DNA of 64,000 bases from Planctomycetota bacterium (GCA_029260755.1 JAJDCQ010000078.1:73255-137254), one strand, 5' to 3'; counted from the first letter of the stretch, positions 47,933-57,484 are shown. The notes: generated from the sequence alone by a model not told the origin. Numbers and translations: made by a program.

Positions 47933-48064
47933 GGCTCGTGGTTAGCAACCCCCCCTTTCTAGGGGCTCCCCAGACAACCGGGGATCTCAGGGTAACACGC
48001 GGCACAACTGAGCAGACGACGATCGGGCGTCCCCCTGTGGACGCGCCGGAGGGAGGTCGTTTTC

Positions 48065-51000
48065 ATGGGGAATGGGCTGACGACGAAGCGTGACGAGGCG
48101 ACGGCCGGGACGGCTGGCGCGGTGACGACGACGTCCGAACTTTCGGCGAACGGTGGCGTGAAGAAGAGCAAGACGGCAGGAAACGCCGAACAGTCTCTCG
48201 CGAGCAGTGACGACGGCAGCGTGACTGCCCCCTGCGGCGCGCGCGGACTCTCGTTCAACCGTCGCTTCTCCGAGGCCGGCGAGGACCCGCTCGACCAGGT
48301 CCCCTACGCGAAGCGCAACAGCGTGATCGCGAACCCCGACGGGTCGGTGGTCTTCCAGCTCGACGACGCCGAGGTGCCCGAGGCGTTCAGCCAGCTGGCG
48401 ACCGACATCGTCGTCTCCAAGTACTTCCGCAAGACCGGCGTGCCCGAGACCGGCCACGAGGTCAGCGTCCGGCAGGTCGTTCACCGGCTGGCCCACTCGA
48501 TCCGCAAGTCGGGCGAGCGGCAGGGCGGCTACTTCCAGAGCGAGGCCGACGCCGACACCTTCGAGGCCGAGCTGTCCTACCTCCTGGTCCACCAGTTCGG
48601 CGCGTTCAACAGCCCGGCCTGGTTCAACTGCGGGCTCGCCGAGGAGTACGGGATCTACGGCCGCGCCGTCGGCAACTTCTTCTTCGATCCCGAGGCGAAG
48701 AAGGTCGTCGAGACCAAGGACAGCTACACCAACCCGCAGATCTCGGCCTGCTTCATCCAGTCGATCGAAGACGACCTGATGGACATCGCCGGCGCGGTCC
48801 AGCGCGAGATGCGGCTGTTCAAGTTCGGCAGCGGCACCGGCACGAACTTCAGCACGATCCGCGCCGAGGGCGAGCCGCTGTCGGCCGGCGGCACCTCGAG
48901 CGGCCTCATGAGCTTCCTCGAGATTCTCGACAAGGCGGCGGGCGCGACCAAGAGCGGCGGGACCACGCGCCGCGCCGCCAAGATGTGCGTGCTCGACGCG
49001 GACCACCCGGACATCGTGCGCTTCATCGAGTGGAAGATGCGCGAGGAGGAGAAGGCCCGGATCCTGATCGAGCTCGGCGGGCTGCCGGCCGACTTCAACG
49101 GCGAGGCCTACCGGACGGTCAGCGGCCAGAACTCGAACAACTCGGTCCGGCTGACCGACGAGTTCATGCACGCGGTCGAGACCGACGGCGACTGGCAGAC
49201 CTTCTGGCGGACGAGCGGCGACCCCGCCCACAGCCTCAAGGCCGCCGACGTCTGGCACAAGCTCGCGATGGCGTCGTGGAGCTGCGCCGACCCAGGAATC
49301 CAGTTCGACACGACGATCAACGCCTGGCACACGTGCCCGAACACCGCCCGGATCAACGCGAGCAACCCGTGCTCGGAGTACATGTTCCTCGATGACTCCG
49401 CGTGCAACCTCGCGAGCCTGAACCTGATCAAGTTCCTCGACACGAACGACGACCTCGACGTCGAGATGTTCCGGCACGCGGTGCGGGTCTTCACGACGGC
49501 GATGGACATCATCGTCGACTACGCGTCCTACCCGACCGAGCCGATCGCGAAGAACAGCCACGACTATCGGCCGCTCGGCCTCGGCTTCGCCAACCTCGGC
49601 ACCATGCTGATGGTGAAGGGCGTCCCCTACGACAGCGACGAGGCGCGGGCGATCGCGGGCTCGATCGCGTCGATCATGTGCGGCCGCGCCTACGCAGTGA
49701 GCGCCGAGATCGCGGCGAGCACGGGGCCGTTCGAGGGCTTCGAGCGTAACCGCGAGCCGATGCTCCGCGTGATGAGCAAGCATCGGAAGAGCGCCTACGA
49801 GATCGATCAGGCGTCCGCCCCGACGGCGCTCGCTCGCGCGGCGCGGGCCGACTGGGACCTCGCCGTCGCCCTCGGCTCGATGCACGGATACAAGAACTCG
49901 CAGACGACGGTGATCGCCCCGACCGGGACGATCGGCCTGCTGATGGACTGCGACACGACCGGGATCGAGCCGGACTTCGCCCTCGTCAAGTGGAAGAAGC
50001 TCGCCGGCGGCGGCTACTTCAAGATCGCGAACAACAGCGTCCCGCGGGCGCTGCGCCAGCTCGGCTACACCGACGCACAGGTCGCCGACATCATCGCCTA
50101 CGCCACCGGCACCATGTCGCTCGGCGAGGGGACGCCGCACGTCAACCGCGAGTCGCTCCGGGCCAAGGGCCTCAACGACGTCGAGATCGACCGGATCGAG
50201 GCGGCCCTGCCGAGCGCCTTCGAGATCGGCCACGGCTTCAACCTCGGCACGATCGGCGAGGAGGCCTTCACCCGCCTCGGTCTCTCGAAGGAGACGAGCG
50301 GCTCGGTCCTCCTCGAGACGCTCGGCTACACGAACGATCAGATCGCGGAGGCGAACGAGGTCGTCTGCGGCCGGATGACGGTCGAGGGTGCCCCGCACCT
50401 CAAGGACGAGCACCTGCCGATCTTCGACTGCGCCAACCGGTGCGGGAACGGCGAGCGCTTCCTCGCGCCCATGGCCCACGTGAAGATGATGGCGGCCGTT
50501 CAGCCGTTCATCTCCGGCAGCATCAGCAAGACGGTCAACCTGCCGAACGAGGCGACGGTCGACGAGATCGCGGACATCCACATGGAGGCCTGGCAGCAGG
50601 GCCTCAAGTGCATCGCGATCTACCGGGACGGGAGCAAGGCGAGTCAGCCGCTCTCGAGCTCGAGCAAGACCAAGACGGACGACGACGAAGGCGAGAAGAC
50701 CGAGGCGGTCGCCGAGGTCGTCGAGGCGCCGCTCCAGACGTCGCCGTCGGCCGCGACGTTCCAGCCGGTGCGCCGGCGGATGCCGAAGAAGCGGACCGGC
50801 TTCACCCAGGAGGCCCGGATCGGGCCGCAGAAGGTCTACATCCGGACGGGTGAGTACGAGGACGGGACGCTCGGCGAGATCTTCATCGACGTCGCCAAGG
50901 AGGGCAGCTCCTACCGCTCGCTCGTGAACTGCTTCGCGATCGCGGTCAGCCTGGGCCTCCAGTACGGCGTGCCCCTCAAGGAGTTCGTGAACATGTTCAC

Positions 51001-51583
51001 GTTCACGAGCTTCGAGCCGGCCGGCATCACCGACCATCCCAACATCAAGATGGCGAGCTCGGTCGTCGACTTCCTCTTCCGCATGCTCGGCATGGAGTAC
51101 CTCGGCCGGACGGATCTGGCGCACGTCGAGCCCGAGCTCGACACGCTCCAGCACCGCCGGCGGGAGATCCAGTCCGAGGTGGAGCGGATCCTCGGCGACA
51201 TGAAGCTCACCGGCGGCTCGAGCACGGGCGAGGGGACCAGCGACGGGGGCACGCCGCCGATCGCCGGAACCACGCCCGATCCGACCGGCCCGCTCGCGAC
51301 GCTGGTCGAGAAGGTCAACGGCAAGAACGGCAACGGCAACGGCCAGAGCCAGCCCGAGACCGGGACGCTCGAGGTCAGCCTGACCGAGACCCTGACCGAG
51401 ACGCTGACGGTGTCCGAGACCGGCTCGGGGTCCCAGTCCAACAACCGCCTGTCCGTGCTCAACGAGCACATGCAGGAGATGATGGGTGACGCGCCGTTCT
51501 GCGACACCTGCGGCCACATCACCGTCCGCAACGGCGCCTGCTACAAGTGCCTGAACTGCGGCGCGTCGATCGGCTGCTCCTGA
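48065..51583 (+). CDS. nrdJ: Adenosylcobalamin-dependent (class II) ribonucleotide reductase
   Basis: 1172 aa with the active-site region SNPCSEYMFLDDSACNLASLNL, class II-type insertions and a C-terminal zinc ribbon CDTCGH...CYKCLNCG. Confidence 0.9.
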   Translation: MGNGLTTKRDEATAGTAGAVTTTSELSANGGVKKSKTAGNAEQSLASSDDGSVTAPCGARGLSFNRRFSEAGEDPLDQVPYAKRNSVIANPDGSVVFQLDDAEVPEAFSQLATDIVVSKYFRKTGVPETGHEVSVRQVVHRLAHSIRKSGERQGGYFQSEADADTFEAELSYLLVHQFGAFNSPAWFNCGLAEEYGIYGRAVGNFFFDPEAKKVVETKDSYTNPQISACFIQSIEDDLMDIAGAVQREMRLFKFGSGTGTNFSTIRAEGEPLSAGGTSSGLMSFLEILDKAAGATKSGGTTRRAAKMCVLDADHPDIVRFIEWKMREEEKARILIELGGLPADFNGEAYRTVSGQNSNNSVRLTDEFMHAVETDGDWQTFWRTSGDPAHSLKAADVWHKLAMASWSCADPGIQFDTTINAWHTCPNTARINASNPCSEYMFLDDSACNLASLNLIKFLDTNDDLDVEMFRHAVRVFTTAMDIIVDYASYPTEPIAKNSHDYRPLGLGFANLGTMLMVKGVPYDSDEARAIAGSIASIMCGRAYAVSAEIAASTGPFEGFERNREPMLRVMSKHRKSAYEIDQASAPTALARAARADWDLAVALGSMHGYKNSQTTVIAPTGTIGLLMDCDTTGIEPDFALVKWKKLAGGGYFKIANNSVPRALRQLGYTDAQVADIIAYATGTMSLGEGTPHVNRESLRAKGLNDVEIDRIEAALPSAFEIGHGFNLGTIGEEAFTRLGLSKETSGSVLLETLGYTNDQIAEANEVVCGRMTVEGAPHLKDEHLPIFDCANRCGNGERFLAPMAHVKMMAAVQPFISGSISKTVNLPNEATVDEIADIHMEAWQQGLKCIAIYRDGSKASQPLSSSSKTKTDDDEGEKTEAVAEVVEAPLQTSPSAATFQPVRRRMPKKRTGFTQEARIGPQKVYIRTGEYEDGTLGEIFIDVAKEGSSYRSLVNCFAIAVSLGLQYGVPLKEFVNMFTFTSFEPAGITDHPNIKMASSVVDFLFRMLGMEYLGRTDLAHVEPELDTLQHRRREIQSEVERILGDMKLTGGSSTGEGTSDGGTPPIAGTTPDPTGPLATLVEKVNGKNGNGNGQSQPETGTLEVSLTETLTETLTVSETGSGSQSNNRLSVLNEHMQEMMGDAPFCDTCGHITVRNGACYKCLNCGASIGCS

Positions 51584-51617
51584 TCCACACCAGAGCCTTT
51601 CTGCCTGCCAAACCCGC

Positions 51618-51648
51618 GCCGCGGATCGACCCGGGGACGATCCGCGGC
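51618..51648 (+). terminator. Hairpin downstream of nrdJ
   Basis: A perfect 11-bp stem gccgcggatcg / cgatccgcggc with a 9-nt loop, 35 nt after the stop. It is followed by ttcc, a weak U-tract. Confidence 0.45.
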
Positions 51649-51696
51649 TTCCTGCCATCCTGGCTCGGTCGTGATGATCGGCTTCGCCGATAGATT

Positions 51697-51792
51697 CCTC
51701 ACGCAAAGGCGCAAAGGCGCAAAGGAGCTCTGCCGGGTCGAGATCTCGGATCAGAGCAACGATCCTTGGCGCCTTTGCGCCTTTGCGTGAGG
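51697..51792. repeat. Family 1 type Z hairpin (GCGCAAAG-type arms)
   Basis: Arms are cctcacgcaaaggcgcaaaggcgcaaagga and tccttggcgcctttgcgcctttgcgtgagg, each 3 tandem 8-mers. The 36-nt loop is itself palindromic (gctctg..cgagatctcg..cagagc). The ctgttccaggaag motif follows at 51803-51815. Confidence 0.85.
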
Positions 51793-51999
51793 TCTCTTCC
51801 GTCTGTTCCAGGAAGTGAGAGGTCGGACTCGGTCGCGCTGGCCTCTCTGAAGCGCCTGCAACATGGAGAGTTGACGCCGATCCCCGATCGGGCGGAACCG
51901 GGGACGCCGCCCTCCGGTCGAAGGAGGGCAACGGCGAGGCTCACTCCCTGTCCGTTCCGTCCGAGCCATCCCTCCTGGGATCCATCTGGAGACCGATCG

Positions 52000-53256
52000 A
52001 TGAACGTTCGACCCCTGCTCGCCGCGGCCGTCGCCGCGCCTGCCCTCCTCCTCGTGGCCACCCTGCCCGGACGGGCCGAAGGCGATGGGACCCCGAAGCT
52101 CGGGCCCATCGTGGCCGCCGACACCGCGTTCGCCTGCGACCTCTACGGGAAGCTCCGCGCGAAGGCGAAGGGCGCGGACTTCTTCGCCAGCCCCCACAGT
52201 ATCTCGAGCGCGCTCGCGATGACCCTTGCGGGCGCCCGAGGCGACACCGCCAAGGAGATGGCGCGGACGCTCCACGTCGACGGCCTCGGCGACGGCGTCC
52301 ACCGCTCGGTCGACGCGCTCCGCGGCGAGCTCGAGAAGCGAGAGCAGCCGGCCAAGCACCGCAAGGACGCCACGCCGTTCAAGCTCCGGATCAAGAACGA
52401 CCTCTGGGGCCAGACCGGGAAGAGCTTCGAGAAGCCGTTCACCGACCTGCTCGCACAGCACTACGGCGCCGGGATGCATCGCCTCGACTTCGCGGGCGAT
52501 GCCGAGGCGGCCCGGGCGAACATCAACGACGCCATCTCCGAGGCGACGGCGGACAAGATCCCGGAGCTCCTCCAGCGCGGCGACGTCACCGAGATCACCC
52601 GGCTCGTCCTGACCAACGCCGTCTACTTCAAGGCCGGCTGGGACTCGCCCTTCGAGGTCAGCCAGACCCGACGCGGCAAGTTCCACGGGGCCGGCGGCGA
52701 GGTCGAGCTGCCGTTCATGCGTCAGACCGACCACTACGGCTCGGCGACCGTCGACGGCGTCGACGTCGTGCAGCTGCCGTATGTGCGCACGGTCGGGCAG
52801 GTGGCGATGGTCGTGATCGCCCCGCCGGCGGGCGAGCTCGAGGCGTTCGAGGCGAAGCTCTCGCCCGAGCGGCTCACGCAGCTCATCGGCGCGGCGAAGT
52901 CGCGCTACGTCGACCTGTCGATCCCGAAGTTCTCCGTCCGGACGCGGGTCATGCTCAAGGAGACGCTGTCGGCGCTGGGCATGCCGACCGCGTTCAAGGG
53001 CGGGAAGGCCGACTTCTCGGGGATGACCGGCGACCGCGAGCTCTTCATCGGCGAGGTGATCCACGAGGCGTTCGTCGCCGTCGACGAGGCCGGCACCGAG
53101 GCGGCCGCGGCGACGGCCGTCGTGATGGACGCGGGCGGGCCGCCGCCGGAGCCGGTGACGATGCGGATCGACCGGCCGTTCATCTTCCTGATCCGGGACC
53201 TGCCCTCGGGTGAGATCCTGTTCATGGGTCGGGTCGCCTCGCCGACGGCCGGGTAG
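52000..53256 (+). CDS. Secreted serpin (serine protease inhibitor family)
   Basis: 418 aa from the ATG at 52000. Signal peptide is MNVRPLLAAAVAAPALLLVATLPGRAEG. The hinge and reactive-centre loop read VDEAGTEAAAATAVVM, and the C-terminal serpin signature is DRPFIFLIRD..GEILFMGRV. Confidence 0.85.
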   Translation: MNVRPLLAAAVAAPALLLVATLPGRAEGDGTPKLGPIVAADTAFACDLYGKLRAKAKGADFFASPHSISSALAMTLAGARGDTAKEMARTLHVDGLGDGVHRSVDALRGELEKREQPAKHRKDATPFKLRIKNDLWGQTGKSFEKPFTDLLAQHYGAGMHRLDFAGDAEAARANINDAISEATADKIPELLQRGDVTEITRLVLTNAVYFKAGWDSPFEVSQTRRGKFHGAGGEVELPFMRQTDHYGSATVDGVDVVQLPYVRTVGQVAMVVIAPPAGELEAFEAKLSPERLTQLIGAAKSRYVDLSIPKFSVRTRVMLKETLSALGMPTAFKGGKADFSGMTGDRELFIGEVIHEAFVAVDEAGTEAAAATAVVMDAGGPPPEPVTMRIDRPFIFLIRDLPSGEILFMGRVASPTAG

Positions 53257-53345
53257 CCGCTGTTCGTTCCCGCTGTTCCTGGAACGGAGCGCAGGCGTCG
53301 GCAATGAACTGCGCGCCCGGCAGCTCGCAATCCAGTCCTTCCAAC

Positions 53346-53415
53346 AATCCGCGGTTACGGTTCGTTTCAGCGCTCGAGAGAGTGGAACCGCGGATTGCGC
53401 GGATTACGCGGATTG
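53346..53415. repeat. Family 1 type Y hairpin with a truncated left arm
   Basis: The left arm aatccgcggtt carries a single unit. The right arm gaaccgcggattgcgcggattacgcggattg carries three units. Confidence 0.75.
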
Positions 53416-53418
53416 ATT

Positions 53419-53554
53419 GTTCCTGGAACGGGCTCGCGCAATGGCAATGACCCCGACCTGGCAACTCGCATTCCGCGTAATCCGCGTAATCCGCGGTTCC
53501 CACTCGTTCAACGCCGAGAGACCGAACCGCGGATTTCGCGGATTACCCGGATTG
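53419..53554. repeat. Family 1 type Y element, copy D
   Basis: gttcctggaacgggctcgcgcaatggcaatgaccccgacctggcaactcg is followed by hairpin 53470-53554. Arms are attccgcgtaatccgcgtaatccgcggttc and gaaccgcggatttcgcggattacccggattg with a 24-nt loop. It aligns with the reverse complement of 20009-20143. Confidence 0.85.
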
Positions 53555-53558
53555 ATTC

Positions 53559-53765
53559 GGTGCGCGATTCCGTCGCGATAACGATCCACAGATTACACAG
53601 ATTACACAGATAGCCGCAGGCGGGTCCGAGTCGTTGCCGATGCCGAAACGGCCTCCGCCCTTCGGCGAGGGATGTCCGCCTTCGGCAGCTCGCAATCTGT
53701 GTAATCTGTGTAATCTGTGGATCGTTCCCCGTTCGAGCGAGAAGACCCCCGTGTCCCTGGAACGG
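53559..53765. repeat. Family 1 type X element, copy D
   Basis: Hairpin 53583-53723 has CACAGATTA-type arms, and its core is nearly identical to copy A. The right flank gttccccgttcgagcgagaagacccccgtgtccctggaacgg is homologous to the flanks of copies A and B. Confidence 0.85.
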
Positions 53766-53768
53766 GGG

Positions 53769-54977
53769 TCAGAGCAGATCCGCCAGGATCGCATCCGCCA
53801 GCGCCAGCCCCGACCCGGTGACCCACACCCGATCGCCGTCGTCACCCACGAGGCCCGCCGCGACCGCCCGACCGAGCGCGCGCGCCCGCTCCTCGGTCCG
53901 CAGCGGATCGAACCCCAGCCGCGATCGGAGCCACGATCGGCGCACCCCCCGCGCCCGCCGCATCGTCAGGACGAGCGTCTCACCCGCCTTCCGGTCGGCG
54001 TCGAGGCGCTCGGTCTCGGCGGCCGCGGTGCCGTCGCCCTCGCGGACTCTCCGGAGCCAGCTCGGGAGGTCGCGGATGTTGCTCGTGCGGATCCCGTCGA
54101 CGTGGCTCGCGGCGCTCGGGCCGAGCCCGAGGTAGGCGCCGTTCCGCCAGTAGACGGCGTTGTGGCGGCTCGCCCGACCGGGCCTCGCGAAGTTGCTCGT
54201 CTCGTAGTGGCGGAAGCCCTCGCCGTGGAGGGCGCGCCTCACCGTGGCGAGCATCCGGCGCTCGGTCCGCTCGCCGACGCCGCGGAGCTTCCCCTGGTCG
54301 CGCCAGAGGGCGAAGTTGGTGCGGGGCTCGAAGGTGAGGCCGTAGGTGCTGACGTGATCCGGCTCGAGCGCGATGAAGCGCTCGAGGTCGACCTCCACGT
54401 CGGACAGCGTCGAGCCGGGCGTCCCGAGGATCAGATCGATGTTGAGGTCGTCGAACCCGGCGGCCCGCGCCATCCCGAACGCGGCCACCGCCTCGTCCCA
54501 CGAATGGATCCGGCCGAGCGTCTGCAGGATCCGGTCGTGGCTGCTCTGCACGCCGAGCGAGAGGCGGGTGACGCCGGCCTCGCGGAGGAGCGCGAGCTTG
54601 TCCGGGGTGAGCGTCCCCGGGTTAGCCTCGACCGTCCACTCGGTCAGGCGCGCCGGCGGGGCGATGTCCCCGATGAGCTCGAGCAGCCCGGCCAGCTCGC
54701 GCTCGGGGAGCTCGGTCGGCGTCCCGCCGCCGACGAACACGGTGCGTGGCTCGAAGCGTTCGGGCGTGCGGGCCGACGCCTCGCGCCGGAGGGCGTCGAG
54801 CCACGAGGTGGCGACGCTCTCGTCCTCGAGCGGCCCCGTCGCGAAGTCGCAGTAGTGGCAGCGCCGGACGCAGAACGGGACGTGGACGTAGAGGGCGCGG
54901 GGACGCTCCCGCTCGAGCGGCAGGAGGGGGCGGTCGACGACGGCTTCGGAGACCGGGCCCGTCACGGGCGGGCTCAC
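53769..54977 (-). CDS. hemW: Radical SAM heme chaperone HemW / oxygen-independent coproporphyrinogen oxidase-like protein
   Basis: About 402 aa with the radical SAM motif CVRRCHYCDF and the HNAVYW motif. The GTG start at 54977 overlaps the upstream stop (GTGA). A GTG at 54965 is an alternative start. Confidence 0.8.
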   Translation of the reverse strand: MSPPVTGPVSEAVVDRPLLPLERERPRALYVHVPFCVRRCHYCDFATGPLEDESVATSWLDALRREASARTPERFEPRTVFVGGGTPTELPERELAGLLELIGDIAPPARLTEWTVEANPGTLTPDKLALLREAGVTRLSLGVQSSHDRILQTLGRIHSWDEAVAAFGMARAAGFDDLNIDLILGTPGSTLSDVEVDLERFIALEPDHVSTYGLTFEPRTNFALWRDQGKLRGVGERTERRMLATVRRALHGEGFRHYETSNFARPGRASRHNAVYWRNGAYLGLGPSAASHVDGIRTSNIRDLPSWLRRVREGDGTAAAETERLDADRKAGETLVLTMRRARGVRRSWLRSRLGFDPLRTEERARALGRAVAAGLVGDDGDRVWVTGSGLALADAILADLL

Positions 54978-56071
54978 CGCCGGCCCTTCATCCTCGCGAG
55001 CTCGACCTCGGCGGCGATGTAACCGAAGGCCGGCCAGTAGCCGCCCTCGACGACCTTCTCGAAGATCTTCTTCGCGGTCTCCTCGTCGCCGTTGTAGAGG
55101 TACCAGTTGCCGACGCCGTAGCCCTGGGTCGCGAAGTCGAGCGGGCTCGCCCCGTCGGGGTCGAGGAGCTCGCCGGGGTTCTTGAGGCCTTTGTACATCA
55201 GGCATCGCGCGTGGTAGCTGTGGTTCTCGATGATGTCCATGTCGTCGCGGATCGGCTCGAGGAGCTCGGCCGCCTCCTCCTCGCGTCCGAGGCGGCGCAG
55301 CGCCATGTACATCCAGTCGGTCGAGGAGACGATGTTGTCGTCGAGGCCGCGGCCGTGCTCGAGGCACTTCGTCCACGCGCCGACGGCCGCCTCGAAGTCG
55401 CCCTCGAGGTAGTGGGCGAGGGCGAGGTGGTAGTAGATGTTTCCGGCGGTCGTGGTGAGCGGGAGGTCCCGGTCGTTCGGCATCCCGTCGGGCTCGATCC
55501 GCTGGGGCTTCCCCTCGACGAGGGTCGCGGCGCGCTCGAGGTCGGCGATCGCGTTGTCGAACTCGCGGATGCTGATGTAGCGGTGGCCGCGATGGCGGAG
55601 GAACCGCGCCTCGTCGGGGTGCTCGGCGAGCCCCTCGGTGTAGACCTCGATCGCCTCGTGCATCCGCCAGAGGTAGCCGAGGCGTCGCCCGAGCCAGATC
55701 ACGTTGTCGATCTTGCCGGGATTGGTCGCCATCGCCTGGATCGCCTTCCCGACGTTGGCCTCCATCTCCGCCAGCTTCTTCGGGTCGTCGGTCGGGGTGG
55801 CGTGGAGCTTCGCTCCGAGGAGCGACACCAGCTCCGGCTCGCCGGTGGGCGGCTTCTTCGTCCGGTACTGCGGCGGGACGAGCGACTCGGGCAGCAGCGG
55901 CATCCCGTCGGGCCCGTACTCGATCTCGGGCAGCTTCGAGGGGTCGACCGCCCCGTTCGTCGGGGCGGGGTCCGCCGTCGACGACCCGTCGTCGGCCGGG
56001 CAGCCGGCGAGCCCGAGGCTCGCGCAGCCGGCGAGGGCGAGGAGGGCCGCGGCGGTCGTCGATCGGTCCAT
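54974..56071 (-). CDS. TPR-repeat lipoprotein
   Basis: 365 aa from the ATG at 56071, which overlaps the argH stop (ATGA). Signal peptide and lipobox are ALLALAGCASLGLAGC. TPR-like helices are present (YYHLALAHYLEGDFEAAVGAWTKCLE). Confidence 0.75.
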   Translation of the reverse strand: MDRSTTAAALLALAGCASLGLAGCPADDGSSTADPAPTNGAVDPSKLPEIEYGPDGMPLLPESLVPPQYRTKKPPTGEPELVSLLGAKLHATPTDDPKKLAEMEANVGKAIQAMATNPGKIDNVIWLGRRLGYLWRMHEAIEVYTEGLAEHPDEARFLRHRGHRYISIREFDNAIADLERAATLVEGKPQRIEPDGMPNDRDLPLTTTAGNIYYHLALAHYLEGDFEAAVGAWTKCLEHGRGLDDNIVSSTDWMYMALRRLGREEEAAELLEPIRDDMDIIENHSYHARCLMYKGLKNPGELLDPDGASPLDFATQGYGVGNWYLYNGDEETAKKIFEKVVEGGYWPAFGYIAAEVELARMKGRR

Positions 56072-57444
56072 CACTCTTCCTCTACGAGAGCGGCGAAGGC
56101 CGTCTCGAGGTCGCGGGCCTGCTTCTGGAACCACTCGTGCTCGTGCTCGATCTCGGTGTCGAGGCCGTCGAGGTCGAGGTTGCCGGGCGCCCCGTGGGAG
56201 ATCTGGTCGGCCGGGTCGACGCTCCACCCGTCGCGCCCGGCGGCGAGGTCGGCGGCGACGTCGCGGTAGGCCTCGCGGAAGGGCGTCCCCGCCGCGGCCC
56301 GCCGGAGCGCCTCGGTCGCCGTGCCGAGCTCGGGCGTCATCCCGGCCCGGCAGCGCTCCTCGATCGGTTCGAGCGCGGTCACCGTCAGGGCGAGGACGTT
56401 CGCCGTCTCGGCGATCGAGTCGAGCGCGTCGATGAGGGCGCCCTTGGTGAGCTGGAGGTCGCGGTGGTAGCCGCTCGGCAGCCCGCCCGAGACGTCGAGG
56501 CAGAACGAGAGCGCGCTCCGCACCTGCGCCGCCCGTCCCCGGGTGATCTCGAACACGTCGGGGTTCCGCTTCTGCGGCATGATCGAGCTGCCGGTCGCGC
56601 ACGAGGCCGGGAGGCGGAAGAAGCCGTACTCGGGCGCGGTGAAGAGGGCGAGGTCCCAGGCGAGGCGGGCCATGTCGTTGCCGAGCGCGGCGAGGGCCGC
56701 GAGGACGCGCGCCTCGGTCTTCCCGCGGCTCGTCTGGGCCGCGAGCGGGTTGCGCTGGATCCGCCGGAAGCCGAGGCGCTTCGCGAGCGCGCGGCGATCG
56801 ATCGCGACGGCGACGCCGTAGCCGGCGCCCGTGCCGAGGGGGCAGTGGTCGAGCGCGCGCATCACGTCTCGCAGCGCGGCGAGGTCCTCGCGGATCCCGT
56901 CGGCGTGCGCGGCCATGAAGAAGCCGACCGAGCTCGGCATCGCCGGGCGCAGATGAGTGTGCCCCGGCATCGGGAGGGTCGCGTGGGCGCGCGCCTTCAC
57001 GGTGAGCGCTCGCGCGAGGGCGACGGCGGCATCGCCGACGCCGATGAGGCCCTCCTTCGCGAAGATGCGCACGTCGGTCGCGACCTGGTCGTTCCGGCTG
57101 CGCGCCGCGTGGATCTTCTTGCCGAGGTCGCCGTGGCGCTCGGTCAGCGCCCGCTCGACGGCCGTGTGGACGTCCTCGTCCTCGGGCCGGATCTCGAGCT
57201 GCCCGGCGCGCGCCTGCCGGTAGAGCTCGCGCAGGGTGCCGGCGAGCGCTCTGGCCTCGTCGGCGGTGAGGAGCGAGACGCCGACGAGCGCCTCGAGCCA
57301 GGCCAGGTTGACGAGGCAGTCGGCCGGCGCGAGGCGGCGATCGCGGGCGGGGTCGTCGCCGACCGTGAAGCGGAGGATGTCGGGGTGAAGGGTCTCGCCC
57401 TTGTCCCAGAGCCTGGCGGCCGCCGAGGAGGTCTCTTCGGTCAC
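56071..57444 (-). CDS. argH: Argininosuccinate lyase
   Basis: About 457 aa with the fumarate-lyase signature GSSIMPQKRNPD. The GTG start at 57444 was chosen because upstream in-frame sequence overlaps argD. Confidence 0.85.
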   Translation of the reverse strand: MTEETSSAAARLWDKGETLHPDILRFTVGDDPARDRRLAPADCLVNLAWLEALVGVSLLTADEARALAGTLRELYRQARAGQLEIRPEDEDVHTAVERALTERHGDLGKKIHAARSRNDQVATDVRIFAKEGLIGVGDAAVALARALTVKARAHATLPMPGHTHLRPAMPSSVGFFMAAHADGIREDLAALRDVMRALDHCPLGTGAGYGVAVAIDRRALAKRLGFRRIQRNPLAAQTSRGKTEARVLAALAALGNDMARLAWDLALFTAPEYGFFRLPASCATGSSIMPQKRNPDVFEITRGRAAQVRSALSFCLDVSGGLPSGYHRDLQLTKGALIDALDSIAETANVLALTVTALEPIEERCRAGMTPELGTATEALRRAAAGTPFREAYRDVAADLAAGRDGWSVDPADQISHGAPGNLDLDGLDTEIEHEHEWFQKQARDLETAFAALVEEE

Positions 57445-57484
57445 GGGGTCCTCTCGGCTCTGGATCGGTCGAGGCGGAGCCGGC

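Noticed and set aside
47701-47936. NrdR boxes (16-bp acaCwAtATaTwGtgt-type palindromes) at 47701-47715, 47744-47757 and 47921-47936
   Set aside because: The best candidate, accggatatagtggct overlapping the -10, matches about 10 of 16 positions from memory and has no properly spaced partner. The two upstream palindromes do not fit the consensus. They are kept only as unknown operator candidates.
47935-48064. Cobalamin riboswitch upstream of nrdJ
   Set aside because: I could not find a B12-box-like core (GCCACTG-type) or the expected multi-stem layout. In addition, B12 riboswitches normally repress B12-independent enzymes rather than nrdJ.
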